DNA of 35,272 nucleotides from the IMG/VR virus record IMGVR_UViG_3300029714_000026, positions 1 to 35,272 of that record; one strand, given 5' to 3'. Shown here in pieces: positions 23,520 to 31,363 of the stretch; the first letter of the stretch is position 1, and every line of letters starts with the position of its first letter. The notes under the pieces were generated by a model. The model saw only the letters and a list, made by a program, of their open reading frames with translations, was not told the origin of the DNA and did not search any database. A program made the translations under genes and the position numbers. Source of the stretch: a virus.

Positions 23520-24704
23520 TTAATTTGCGGTCACACAAGTAAAGTGCTGCGTCATCTTGTCAAACTCCAGCCCGGCATTTCCCACGCGGCCCTCTTTGTT
23601 TTTGGTCAGGCGGCTGAAATAGGTGTCACCGTCAGCTGACAGCAGCAAAATGGCATCCGCGTCCTGCTCGATCTGGCCGGATTCACGCAGATCCGCGTTA
23701 GACGGCTCTGCCCGTGCAGCGTTGCGGTTCAGCTGGGCCAGCGCCACAACGAGGATGCCGGTTGTCTGGGCCAGTTCATGCAGCGCAATGGAGATCTCTG
23801 TGATTGCATTGTACCGGTCACTGCTGCCACGCTCATGGATCAGCTGCAAATAGTCCACGAAAATGATATCTGCTTTCATTCGGAGGGCCTGTGCCTTGAT
23901 CCACGCCACGCCCTTGCCAGCTGCGGAACGGATGAACAGCGGCCAGCGCTTCATATCGGCCAGCCGGTCAAGTTCGTTCATGGACAGCGTTTTATTTTTG
24001 ACCGCCGAGAGAGGAGCATACAGCTGGTTGGCAATCAGACGGGCCTGCAATGTGGCCGGGTCTGTTTCCAGCGAGAAATAACACACACGCTTGCCCTGCT
24101 TGGCCATGCCTGCAGCAAGCTGGAGGCTCAGAGCAGTTTTGCCTGCGCTTGGTCTGCCGCCGATCACGAAATAGTTGCCGGGCACGAGGTGCAGGTTTTC
24201 GTCCAGCTTGGACAGGCCGGTGCGGATGTACTTTGGTTTCTCGTCCAAATGCCGGATATAATCATCCAGCAGATCGCCCACGCTCTGAAAATCGTTCTTT
24301 TCAGTGTGGATATCCAGCGCCTGCCCCATCTGCTGGTAAAGATCCGGCAGATCATCAAAGGCGGTTGCAGCATCCACAGCCCTAAAGGCAAGGCTCTGGA
24401 AACGGGCCTTTGCGGCATCCTCCATGATGATCCGCGTCCACTCTTCCACGCGGTCACGGGTCAGCCGGATGCACTCACTCTCACAGGAGGCCACGCAGGA
24501 CAGCAGGTTTTGCTTTTGGTCTGGGTATTTTGCCGCGATCTGCATGATATCCAGCAGGCCCTTTGTGATCCAGAACCCTTGCACGGCTGCAAAGGTGGGC
24601 TGCAGTTCAGGCCGGAAATGCTCAATGCTCAACTCCGGCAGGGAATACGGTGCCAGCTGATCGTCCATCAGCAGCGCGCCGATCAATACGCTTTGCACGT
24701 CCAT
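23520..24704 (-). CDS. dnaB: Replicative DNA helicase, DnaB family
   Basis: Walker A GGRPSAGKTALSLQLA, then FSLE, IIFVDYLQL and ALAQLNR (RecA-like DnaB C-domain motifs). ATG at 24704 after GGGAGGA, overlapping the initiator stop (TGATG). Confidence 0.85.
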   Translation of the reverse strand: MDVQSVLIGALLMDDQLAPYSLPELSIEHFRPELQPTFAAVQGFWITKGLLDIMQIAAKYPDQKQNLLSCVASCESECIRLTRDRVEEWTRIIMEDAAKARFQSLAFRAVDAATAFDDLPDLYQQMGQALDIHTEKNDFQSVGDLLDDYIRHLDEKPKYIRTGLSKLDENLHLVPGNYFVIGGRPSAGKTALSLQLAAGMAKQGKRVCYFSLETDPATLQARLIANQLYAPLSAVKNKTLSMNELDRLADMKRWPLFIRSAAGKGVAWIKAQALRMKADIIFVDYLQLIHERGSSDRYNAITEISIALHELAQTTGILVVALAQLNRNAARAEPSNADLRESGQIEQDADAILLLSADGDTYFSRLTKNKEGRVGNAGLEFDKMTQHFTCVTAN

Positions 24705-25402
24705 CACAGATCCTCCCATGTACGCCCGCCATACGGGGTTGCAGGCTGTGCAGCGGGCTGGCCCCACTCTTTCCGGTTCCTCAGCCAGTTACGCGCTGCC
24801 GCTTTCCAGTCCTTCATTTTGGTTTTACCCACGATCCACCCGTTAGCCTCGTACCGATCAACGAACTTGTCAGCCTCGGTCTGAGCATCAGCAGGCGGGA
24901 CACCACGCTCCCGGAAGTACGCTCTGACCTGTTCCACCGTAGGCGGTGAAAAACGAGTTGCGGACGGCCCTTTATTCTCGCTTTTATTATTATTTTCTTT
25001 CTTGGGTGCACATTCTGCACCGGTAGAGGTGCACTTTTTGCACCTATCTGGGTGCACATTGTTCACCGGTGCATTTTCTTCACCGGTGCACTTTTTGCAC
25101 CCATCAGACGCAGAAGCACACGCCGCCGGGCGAAGCGCTGCATACCGGTTTGTGGGCCTGCCGTTTACCGGCTCAGTCCACTTGCGGATTAGACCGTCCT
25201 TTTCCAGTTCAGCCAGCAGGTTCAGCACAGCCCGCTTGCTCAGCTTGAAATACTCCACAATGTAGCTGACAGAGCCATAAAAGCAAGACTGTTCGTCTTG
25301 TGAAAAACCCCAGATCAGGGCATAGATCAGGAGTTTGTTGCCGTTGAGGTTGTAGTCTGTGACCATCCACGGCTGCACCACAACATATCCGTCTTTTCTC
25401 AT
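24704..25402 (-). CDS. Replication initiator / replisome organiser (N-terminal winged-HTH; DnaD/phage-O-like)
   Basis: 232 aa. N-terminal HTH-like SVSYIVEYFKLSKRAVLNLLAELEKDGLI. The central part is encoded by iterons. The C-terminus FSPPTVEQVRAYF...ANGW..GKTKMKDWKAA is common in Firmicutes phage replication proteins. Lies upstream of the helicase. Confidence 0.7.
   Translation of the reverse strand: MRKDGYVVVQPWMVTDYNLNGNKLLIYALIWGFSQDEQSCFYGSVSYIVEYFKLSKRAVLNLLAELEKDGLIRKWTEPVNGRPTNRYAALRPAACASASDGCKKCTGEENAPVNNVHPDRCKKCTSTGAECAPKKENNNKSENKGPSATRFSPPTVEQVRAYFRERGVPPADAQTEADKFVDRYEANGWIVGKTKMKDWKAAARNWLRNRKEWGQPAAQPATPYGGRTWEDL
25005..25101. repeat. Five 17-bp palindromic iterons GGTGCA(C)-N5-(T/G)(G/T)CACC: putative phage origin inside the initiator gene
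   Basis: Copies at 25005, 25028, 25051, 25068 and 25085 (spacing 23, 23, 17, 17). Flanked by the AT-rich run 24971-25003. Confidence 0.7.
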
Positions 25403-25420
25403 CCTGCTTGTCCTCCTGAA

Positions 25421-25876
25421 TTAAAAGGGGAGATCGTCATTGTCATCGATCACGGCAAAATCGTCCACGCCGCCGTAGTTTGCAGGCGGGTCTGCTTTCG
25501 GCCAGGCACCAGAGCGCGGGGCAGCCTCGCCGCCCTCGTCCACCGGCTTGCTGGTGCCCTTGGAGCCCGCAAAGTTGATGTTGTCCGCCACCACGGCAAC
25601 GGATGTACGGTTGTTGCCGTTCTTGTCCTGATAGTTGTTGGTCTGGAGACGGCCATTGATGGCGACCAGACTGCCCTTCTGGAAGTAGCGGCACACAAAA
25701 TCCGCCTGCTGCCGCCATGCCACGATATCCACAAAATCGGCCTGACGCTGCTCGCCGGGCTTTGCGAAATTGCGGTCACAGGCAATGCGGAAGCGGCAGA
25801 CATTCACCCCCGCCGGGGTGGTGCGGAGTTCAGGATCCGCCACAAGGCGGCCCATAATTGCGATAACATTAAGCAT
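25421..25876 (-). CDS. ssb: Single-stranded DNA-binding protein
   Basis: OB-fold N-terminus MLNVIAIMGRLVADPELRTT...FVDIVAWRQQA...LVAINGRLQTNNY, and an acidic tail ending DDDLPF. Confidence 0.9.
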   Translation of the reverse strand: MLNVIAIMGRLVADPELRTTPAGVNVCRFRIACDRNFAKPGEQRQADFVDIVAWRQQADFVCRYFQKGSLVAINGRLQTNNYQDKNGNNRTSVAVVADNINFAGSKGTSKPVDEGGEAAPRSGAWPKADPPANYGGVDDFAVIDDNDDLPF

Positions 25877-26192
25877 TGATATAGTCCTTTCCAACGGCGG
25901 TCATCCATGCAGCGTGTGCGCCGGGGCCGTTCTTCTCCTCATATTTCGCCTGTGCAACAGCTTTCAGGGTCTGGGCGCAGGTGGCGTTATAGTGCGGGCT
26001 CATGCCCGGCTCATTGTGGTGCTGGTGGCACAGCCAGACCTTGAGGCCGTGCCTCTCCGAAAAGCTGCGCAGCGGCCCATTGAGGACATGGTGCTCCTCC
26101 AGCCCGCGCGTGGTCTTTACCGCGTACCAGCGGCGGCAGATGTAGCACTCCTTTTCTGCCTGAATGATGCTTTTAGACAAGCGGCACCCCAT
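25869..26192 (-). CDS. His-Me finger (HNH-like) zinc-binding nuclease-like protein, possible junction resolvase analogue
   Basis: CYIC...LEEHHVLNG..R..SE..GL.VWLCHQHH pattern. The start is uncertain (ATG 26192, or TTG 26180). Confidence 0.45.
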   Translation of the reverse strand: MGCRLSKSIIQAEKECYICRRWYAVKTTRGLEEHHVLNGPLRSFSERHGLKVWLCHQHHNEPGMSPHYNATCAQTLKAVAQAKYEEKNGPGAHAAWMTAVGKDYINA

Positions 26193-26403
26193 CCTTTTGC
26201 GTGCTCTCATAAGCCTCGCGGTATGAGTGCACATTATCGACCTGATACTTCTGGCCGTTGAAAAGTTTAACGGTGAACCCATCAATGAAGTCATACCGCC
26301 GGGCGACGTTGATGCACTGCGCCAAGCCCCGTGCGGTGTTCCAGTTGACTCCGTGAGCCATCAGCAGCTTGCAAAAACGCTTGCGGGTCATTTTCTTGGT
26401 CAT
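26173..26403 (-). CDS. Hypothetical protein
   Basis: 76-aa basic ORF packed in the operon. No motif recognised. Confidence 0.45.
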   Translation of the reverse strand: MTKKMTRKRFCKLLMAHGVNWNTARGLAQCINVARRYDFIDGFTVKLFNGQKYQVDNVHSYREAYESTQKDGVPLV

Positions 26404-26406
26404 CTG

Positions 26407-26643
26407 TCAAGACTCCTTTCCAATAGCGCCCTGGCCTCTCTGGATCCGGGCATACATTTCGCCGTAAGGGTACAGCGTGGCCTCCGTGAAGCACTCGGAT
26501 TTTTCGTTGTAGACCATCAGGATGCCCTTGTGCCCCTCAGAGTATTGGCGCAGTTCGATGATGGTACGGACAGCCTGCCGGATATCGCGAGCCTGTGATT
26601 TGTGCTGCGAGATCATCAGCTTTTCAAAGCGTTTGCGTTTCAT
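26407..26643 (-). CDS. Hypothetical protein
   Basis: 78-aa ORF with a 4-nt overlap to the NinB-like gene. Confidence 0.45.
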   Translation of the reverse strand: MKRKRFEKLMISQHKSQARDIRQAVRTIIELRQYSEGHKGILMVYNEKSECFTEATLYPYGEMYARIQRGQGAIGKES

Positions 26644-27185
26644 GGTTCACTCCACTCCTGCCAGTAGGCAGTCACTAAGGGATCACTCACGCCCATCTCG
26701 GCAAGGCGGTCAAAGATCCCGTCTATCATGTTCTTCATTTCTTGGGTGGTAAAGGTGGAGCTGCCCTGTGTGCATTTAACCGTGCAGCGGTTGCCGTCCA
26801 GTATCTCCACCACATGGACAAGCCGATAGCAGCCGCGCAGGATATCCAGAGCGCCCGCCGGGCACTCCAGATAGTCCACCTTGGCCCCGTACTTTTCCAG
26901 CATCTCCAGATAACAGTCCTCCGGGGTCACGCCGCCGGTGCGCCCGGCGTTGTAGTGGTCGGCCATGATGGTGAGCAGCGCCCACATGAGGGCATTCTGG
27001 GCCGTTGTGCGGCCCTTGTGCTCAGGCTCCACCGTCAGGGTCAGGCGCAGCGGCTGCCCGTGGGCCAGATCATCAAGGCGCTGGAAAATCTGGGTTTCCA
27101 CAAATTCCGCGGTGTTTTCCACCTCGATGCAGTGAGATTGTGGATTGTACACCACCGGCAGCCTGCCAATCACTCGGTTTGCCAT
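26640..27185 (-). CDS. NinB/Orf-like recombination mediator
   Basis: GRTTAQNALMWALLTIMA parallels lambda Orf RSLDQNRKLWACLGDVS. GSSTFTTQEMKNMIDGIFDRLAEMGV parallels GQSTSRMRVGEFAELLELIQAFGTERGV. ATG at 27185. Confidence 0.6.
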   Translation of the reverse strand: MANRVIGRLPVVYNPQSHCIEVENTAEFVETQIFQRLDDLAHGQPLRLTLTVEPEHKGRTTAQNALMWALLTIMADHYNAGRTGGVTPEDCYLEMLEKYGAKVDYLECPAGALDILRGCYRLVHVVEILDGNRCTVKCTQGSSTFTTQEMKNMIDGIFDRLAEMGVSDPLVTAYWQEWSEP

Positions 27186-27805
27186 ACCACTTTGCAATCT
27201 CCCTGCAGGAACTGCACGCCAATAATGCGGCCATCATCGGCCCGCAGCAGCTTGTCCACGGTCAGAGCGCCGTGCAGGCGGTAGCCGGTGGGCTGATCGC
27301 TCTGCCCCTTGGCTGTCCGCTGGTATACCGGCTCAATGACAACGCCGCCCATGGTCATGGATGGCAGGGCCATCACGTCAGATCCGGCACCCCAGAGGGA
27401 TGCAGCAGCCAAAAAGCTGCCGTTTTCCTTCCACTTGTCCGGGTTGCTGATCTGCAGCTTGCCCGCCGGGGCCGCTGCATCCTTGACGGCATAGTTGTTG
27501 ATAAGCGGGTTATACACGCCCACGCCGCACCAGAGGCGGCCATCCGCGAAGTAATAGCGGCGTGTCCAGCCCAGAGGGCCAAACGTTTCATCCATCATGC
27601 GGACGATGGCGGCAGGGTCAGGCAGGCACCGGACGCGCACGGCATCAGGGCCGCACTCGCAAACTACCACCTGCACCTCCTGCGGGGCCGTCTGCCGGGG
27701 TTTTGTGTACGGCAGGGGAAACTGTACCACCTGCGCCGCCGGGCGCTCCTGCGCGTTCTGCGGGGCCTTGCGGCGGGCGGCGTTACTTTTTGTGGTTGTA
27801 GGCAT
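27170..27805 (-). CDS. Single-strand annealing protein, Rad52/Sak-like (putative)
   Basis: ATG at 27805 after GGAG. MMDETFGPLGWTRRYY resembles the conserved N-terminal motif of Rad52-family phage recombinases. Clustered with the NinB-like gene and SSB. Confidence 0.5.
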   Translation of the reverse strand: MPTTTKSNAARRKAPQNAQERPAAQVVQFPLPYTKPRQTAPQEVQVVVCECGPDAVRVRCLPDPAAIVRMMDETFGPLGWTRRYYFADGRLWCGVGVYNPLINNYAVKDAAAPAGKLQISNPDKWKENGSFLAAASLWGAGSDVMALPSMTMGGVVIEPVYQRTAKGQSDQPTGYRLHGALTVDKLLRADDGRIIGVQFLQGDCKVVWQTE

Positions 27806-27900
27806 TATGTAAACGCTCTCCTTTCTCGTTGTAGGATCTCGGATCTGCGAGAGGGTGCAGCCAGCCATATTGCAGGGCAGCCTGTGCGGCGGCCCTCTGA

Positions 27901-27908
27901 GGGGGGGG
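27901..27908. repeat. Intergenic homopolymer G8 (C8 on the coding strand), about 100 nt upstream of the Rad52-like gene
   Basis: Eight G residues, with the same CTCTGA...CA flanks as the methyltransferase tract. Confidence 0.9.
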
Positions 27909-27934
27909 CAGCTCTCCACAGATCATTCATTTCG

Positions 27935-28243
27935 TCAGCCGTCACGTTGGTGGCAATGTGTGTGGTGGGTGCAGGGCACCATGCAGATCACTGTGCCATC
28001 CTCTGCGGTAGTGTAGACCACGGGAGGCATCAGGCGGCGGATCTCGCACAGCAGCTTTGCCTGCTTGGTCGGGGTCATGGCGCAGGGCCACAGCCAATCC
28101 TCGTCAAGCATCCACACCAGTTTCCCGTCCAGTGTGGCCTGCTTTGCATCGGGCCATGCGTTGGCGTGGATCTTACGCCTGACGGTGGCGGGCGTTTTTC
28201 CGTGGATCTCAGCCCACTCCTCAACAGTGACCATCCTTCCCAT
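27935..28243 (-). CDS. DNA-binding protein (excisionase/MerR-type HTH_17-like)
   Basis: VTVEEWAEIHGKTPATVRRKIHANAWPDAK...GKLVWMLDEDWL fits the short winged-helix excisionase-like pattern. Confidence 0.5.
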   Translation of the reverse strand: MGRMVTVEEWAEIHGKTPATVRRKIHANAWPDAKQATLDGKLVWMLDEDWLWPCAMTPTKQAKLLCEIRRLMPPVVYTTAEDGTVICMVPCTHHTHCHQRDG

Positions 28244-28319
28244 GGGATCAGCTCCTTTCTTTGCGCTATGCGCTGGCAGTGGCTCTTGTTTTACCTCCTG
28301 CCACCATTGGAGGGCACGG

Positions 28320-29225
28320 TCAGCTCAGACCGTTCAGGACGGGGACGCTGCTTTCCCCGCCCACATAGGTGGGAAGCTTGCCATCCCACAGTGCATCTAC
28401 GCCGGTGATACGGTAGTATTCCAGCAGATTGCTGTCCAGACTGTCGGTCAGAGCGTCGTTGGCCTCGGCCTTTTTCTGAGCGGCATACAGCTCGGCATCC
28501 GCAGCCACCTTGGATTTTTCGGCCTCAGCCTTTGCGGCAATCAGATCCGCGTCCGCCGTTGCCTGCGCTTCCACGCGGCGCTTTTCGGCATCGGTCTCGG
28601 CCTTTTCTTTTTCCTGCTGGGCCTTCACCTTTGCTTCAACGGCATCCGTGAAGGTATCCGTGAAATCGAAATTCGTGATGCTGATGTAAGAGAGGTCGAT
28701 GTTGTACTGCGCCAAAACACTGCGCAGCTGCGCGTCCATCTGTTCTGCCACGGCATCCCGGTTGGAAATCAGACTGCTGGCATCATAGTGTGCTACAACT
28801 GCCTTGACCACCTCCGGGACACGGGGCAGGATCAGAACATCCTCGTACTTGCGGCCCACCTCTTTGTAGATGGTCATGGCATTGGCCTGATTGATCCGGT
28901 AGCCCACCGTCACGCTGGTGGCCACTTCCTGAATGTCGGAACTGAACGCCGAGAGGTCGATGCTGACCTCCTGCACCCGGTTATCCATCTTGACAATGGA
29001 CTGCCACGGTGCCTTTACCACAACGCCTGCGTCCTTGGTGCCATTTTCGACCTTGCCAAAGGTAGTCACAATGCCGGTGTAGCCGGTCGGCACGAACGAG
29101 ACACAAGAAATAACGATCAGGACGGCCGCCAGAGCGCCGGGAATCACGGCAGCGGCCTTATACTCAGACCGGAACAGGCAGAATGCTGCCAACAGAGCCA
29201 GAATGCCAAAAATAAAAAAGATCAT
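28320..29225 (-). CDS. SPFH / band-7 (prohibitin-stomatin-HflC-like) membrane protein
   Basis: Two N-terminal TM segments, then PTGYTGIVTTFGKV...VVVKAPWQSIVKMDNRVQ, and a long Ala/Glu/Lys coiled-coil: the typical SPFH architecture. Confidence 0.8.
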   Translation of the reverse strand: MIFFIFGILALLAAFCLFRSEYKAAAVIPGALAAVLIVISCVSFVPTGYTGIVTTFGKVENGTKDAGVVVKAPWQSIVKMDNRVQEVSIDLSAFSSDIQEVATSVTVGYRINQANAMTIYKEVGRKYEDVLILPRVPEVVKAVVAHYDASSLISNRDAVAEQMDAQLRSVLAQYNIDLSYISITNFDFTDTFTDAVEAKVKAQQEKEKAETDAEKRRVEAQATADADLIAAKAEAEKSKVAADAELYAAQKKAEANDALTDSLDSNLLEYYRITGVDALWDGKLPTYVGGESSVPVLNGLS

Positions 29226-29305
29226 AGGTTCCTCACTTCCACATGGTTGAAATCATTCGGCCAGCGTTGAAGTAATGTCAGAGCGTGGCAGGTTAGGACG
29301 CCATT

Positions 29306-29668
29306 TCATGGGTACGCCTCCAGACGTGTGATCTCATAGATCGAGTTATACAGGTAGTGCCGCCCGCCCCGCAGGTATTCGAGGCTTTGCAACAGCATTT
29401 CAAGATGATACAGGGCAGGCGGCGGGTTGCTGCCTTTCAGGTGGTAGTGCAGCCAGTGGATCAGTTCCCTCAGCTGCGGATCGGACAGCCGCAGCACCGT
29501 GGATGCCTGAAACTTGTGCCCGCGGTCATCCACCGCGTAATAGAGCACGCCTGCATATTGCAGGCAGTCGCAGTCTATGGTATACTCTGAGGGGAGAAAA
29601 CTGTCCGTGTTCTCTTTGGGCTTGTCCGTGTTGGCGCACGGGCAGGCCCTTTCTTTTTGCCCGATCAT
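29306..29668 (-). CDS. Hypothetical protein
   Basis: 120-aa ORF with a 4-nt overlap to the upstream ORF. No motif recognised. Confidence 0.45.
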   Translation of the reverse strand: MIGQKERACPCANTDKPKENTDSFLPSEYTIDCDCLQYAGVLYYAVDDRGHKFQASTVLRLSDPQLRELIHWLHYHLKGSNPPPALYHLEMLLQSLEYLRGGRHYLYNSIYEITRLEAYP

Positions 29669-29949
29669 AAATTGAACAGCTTAGAGAGAAAAGCTGCCTC
29701 CTTGCCGGTAAATTCTTCTTTGCGTTCAGAGGGTTTCGTTTTATAACGGGCAATGACGGCAGATTTTACACTGTTTGCAAACCCATCAGCTGCCTGCTGC
29801 AGCTGTTCGTCCGTCAGATCGGGGATAAGGCTGTCAACAAACGTTTCGATCAGGGCCACCGTGAGGAGCATAAGCCGGTCAATCCGCTGGCCCTTCCCGA
29901 TAAAACTAACTCCAACGTTATCTCCAATTTTTTCAATGACAATCTTCAT
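29665..29949 (-). CDS. Hypothetical protein
   Basis: ATG at 29949 after GGAAGGAAA. 94 aa. Confidence 0.5.
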   Translation of the reverse strand: MKIVIEKIGDNVGVSFIGKGQRIDRLMLLTVALIETFVDSLIPDLTDEQLQQAADGFANSVKSAVIARYKTKPSERKEEFTGKEAAFLSKLFNL

Positions 29950-30208
29950 GGTGTTTCCTTCCTTTTCCTCTGGTGCGTGGCGGGGGCAGTTCGGCCTCAC
30001 GGCGCTCTACGAGTTCCCGCCGCATGATGTATTTATACGGTTTCTTGGGTTTCCGGGTCTGGGTGTGGGCGTAGTGCGTGGTAAATGCGGCGGTGCTCTT
30101 GTAGCCAAGCCGCCGGGCCACCATTGCGGACGTGCCGGATGCGATCAGGTCGCCGGTCTTGGCATCCCAAACGGTGTACCAGTTGCAATAGTTGTAAAAA
30201 TCAGCCAT
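29933..30208 (-). CDS. Hypothetical protein with a possible HTH
   Basis: 91 aa. GTSAMVARRLGYKSTAAFTTHY looks HTH-like. Basic C-terminus. Confidence 0.4.
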   Translation of the reverse strand: MADFYNYCNWYTVWDAKTGDLIASGTSAMVARRLGYKSTAAFTTHYAHTQTRKPKKPYKYIMRRELVERREAELPPPRTRGKGRKHHEDCH

Positions 30209-30431
30209 TGCCGCGTTCTTCCTTCATCAGTGCTATGAGGCCGTCAAGTTCCTCGGCCACAAGGTCATAAGTTTCGGCCCGTGCCTTGCAGCTGGCCTTT
30301 ACCGGGGCAGCGGATGCGTCCAGCAGGTTTGCGCTGTTCGTGTTGCGCTGGGCAAGCCGCCTATACTGCCGGTTCAGGCTCTCCGCGTATTCAATCGCTG
30401 TCATACCCATGTCATGCACCCCGCCGGGCAT
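30201..30431 (-). CDS. Hypothetical protein (start uncertain: 30431, 30410 or 30404)
   Basis: 76-aa ORF in operon register. Confidence 0.4.
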   Translation of the reverse strand: MPGGVHDMGMTAIEYAESLNRQYRRLAQRNTNSANLLDASAAPVKASCKARAETYDLVAEELDGLIALMKEERGNG

Positions 30432-30705
30432 CGCTCCGGCTCTCGGTCGCGGTCAGACCGCTGCGCTGCTTCTGGGTGCTGTGCTCGTAGTGCTTGCTGC
30501 CGGCAAGCATCCCGCTCACGCTCAGGAACAGGCCAAAGCCCACCGCAGCAAGCACCCACGGCGCGGCCTTGACAGCCTCAGCCACTTCCCAGCCGCCCCG
30601 CATGATAAGCAGGTGGGCAATGCCGGTGTTAAGCCAGACCAGCACCCGTGCGGCACCCACGCCTGCCAGAAAAGCCACGCTGCAAATTTTAAGATACCGT
30701 TTCAT
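30412..30705 (-). CDS. Small integral membrane protein
   Basis: 97 aa with 2-3 hydrophobic helices (ICSVAFLAGVGAARVLVWL, APWVLAAVGFGLFLSVSGMLA). Confidence 0.5.
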   Translation of the reverse strand: MKRYLKICSVAFLAGVGAARVLVWLNTGIAHLLIMRGGWEVAEAVKAAPWVLAAVGFGLFLSVSGMLAGSKHYEHSTQKQRSGLTATESRSDARRGA

Positions 30706-30925
30706 TGTCCTTGTCCTCCTCAGTTTCCATGCGATCCAGCAGATCGGCCGCGTTCGTCACAATCGAAATGAGATAGCCCGCCGGGTCATCCGATCCGGCA
30801 GCGAGTGCGGCCAGCAGGGAAACGCACAGTTTCGATGTCTCAAGCCTCACGCAGTTGGTTTCAATCTGCGGGTTCCCATCCTCACCATACGATACGCGAA
30901 TATAGCTCTTGTTCGGTTTGGTCAT
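30689..30925 (-). CDS. Hypothetical protein
   Basis: ATG at 30925 forms an ATGA overlap with the upstream ORF. 78 aa. Confidence 0.45.
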   Translation of the reverse strand: MTKPNKSYIRVSYGEDGNPQIETNCVRLETSKLCVSLLAALAAGSDDPAGYLISIVTNAADLLDRMETEEDKDNETVS

Positions 30926-31185
30926 GCTGCACCATCCTTTTCTTTCACGCCGATCCGCTCCGCGTCCTCCGGTTTTGCCACCGGGCTGCGCTCTGCTGCC
31001 CACTTGGCCAGCAATGCCGGATAGATCAGATATACGTCCTGCCCGCCGGGGGCGGGTGCCTTGATGTAATCGCCAAACGGGAAAACCCGCTGCTGCAGCC
31101 CCAGCTGCAGGGTGTCCTTGCCGATGGAAAAACCCACATCCCGCAGGTAATCCACAGCCACCTGTGGCCTGACAAGTGCTTTCAT
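30922..31185 (-). CDS. Hypothetical protein
   Basis: 87 aa with RBS GGAGGA. Confidence 0.5.
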   Translation of the reverse strand: MKALVRPQVAVDYLRDVGFSIGKDTLQLGLQQRVFPFGDYIKAPAPGGQDVYLIYPALLAKWAAERSPVAKPEDAERIGVKEKDGAA

Positions 31186-31195
31186 GCTGTCCTCC

Positions 31196-31363
31196 TTAGC
31201 CGCGTGCTGCGGCAGCCTGTGCGTCCTTCATGCGCCGGATCTCTTCCGGCGTGAGGCCGGTGTCCTCGTACTGGCCGAGGCGCTGCACCAGATCGTCCTT
31301 TTTGGCGGTGCTCCAATAGCCGCTCTTGATGCCGCTGCACCGCTGGGCTGTCAGTCGTTCCAT
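31196..31363 (-). CDS. Hypothetical 55-aa protein
   Basis: Manual translation: MERLTAQRCSGIKSGYWSTAKKDDLVQRLGQYEDTGLTPEEIRRMKDAQAAAARG. RBS GGAGGA. It fills a gap otherwise covered only by an Arg-rich out-of-frame track ORF. Confidence 0.5.
   Translation of the reverse strand: MERLTAQRCSGIKSGYWSTAKKDDLVQRLGQYEDTGLTPEEIRRMKDAQAAAARG

Noticed and set aside
25005-25101. CRISPR-like regular repeats
   Set aside because: The repeats are 17 bp, palindromic, directly abutting or 6 bp apart, and inside a replication gene. This is an iteron origin, not a repeat-spacer array, and no cas genes are present.
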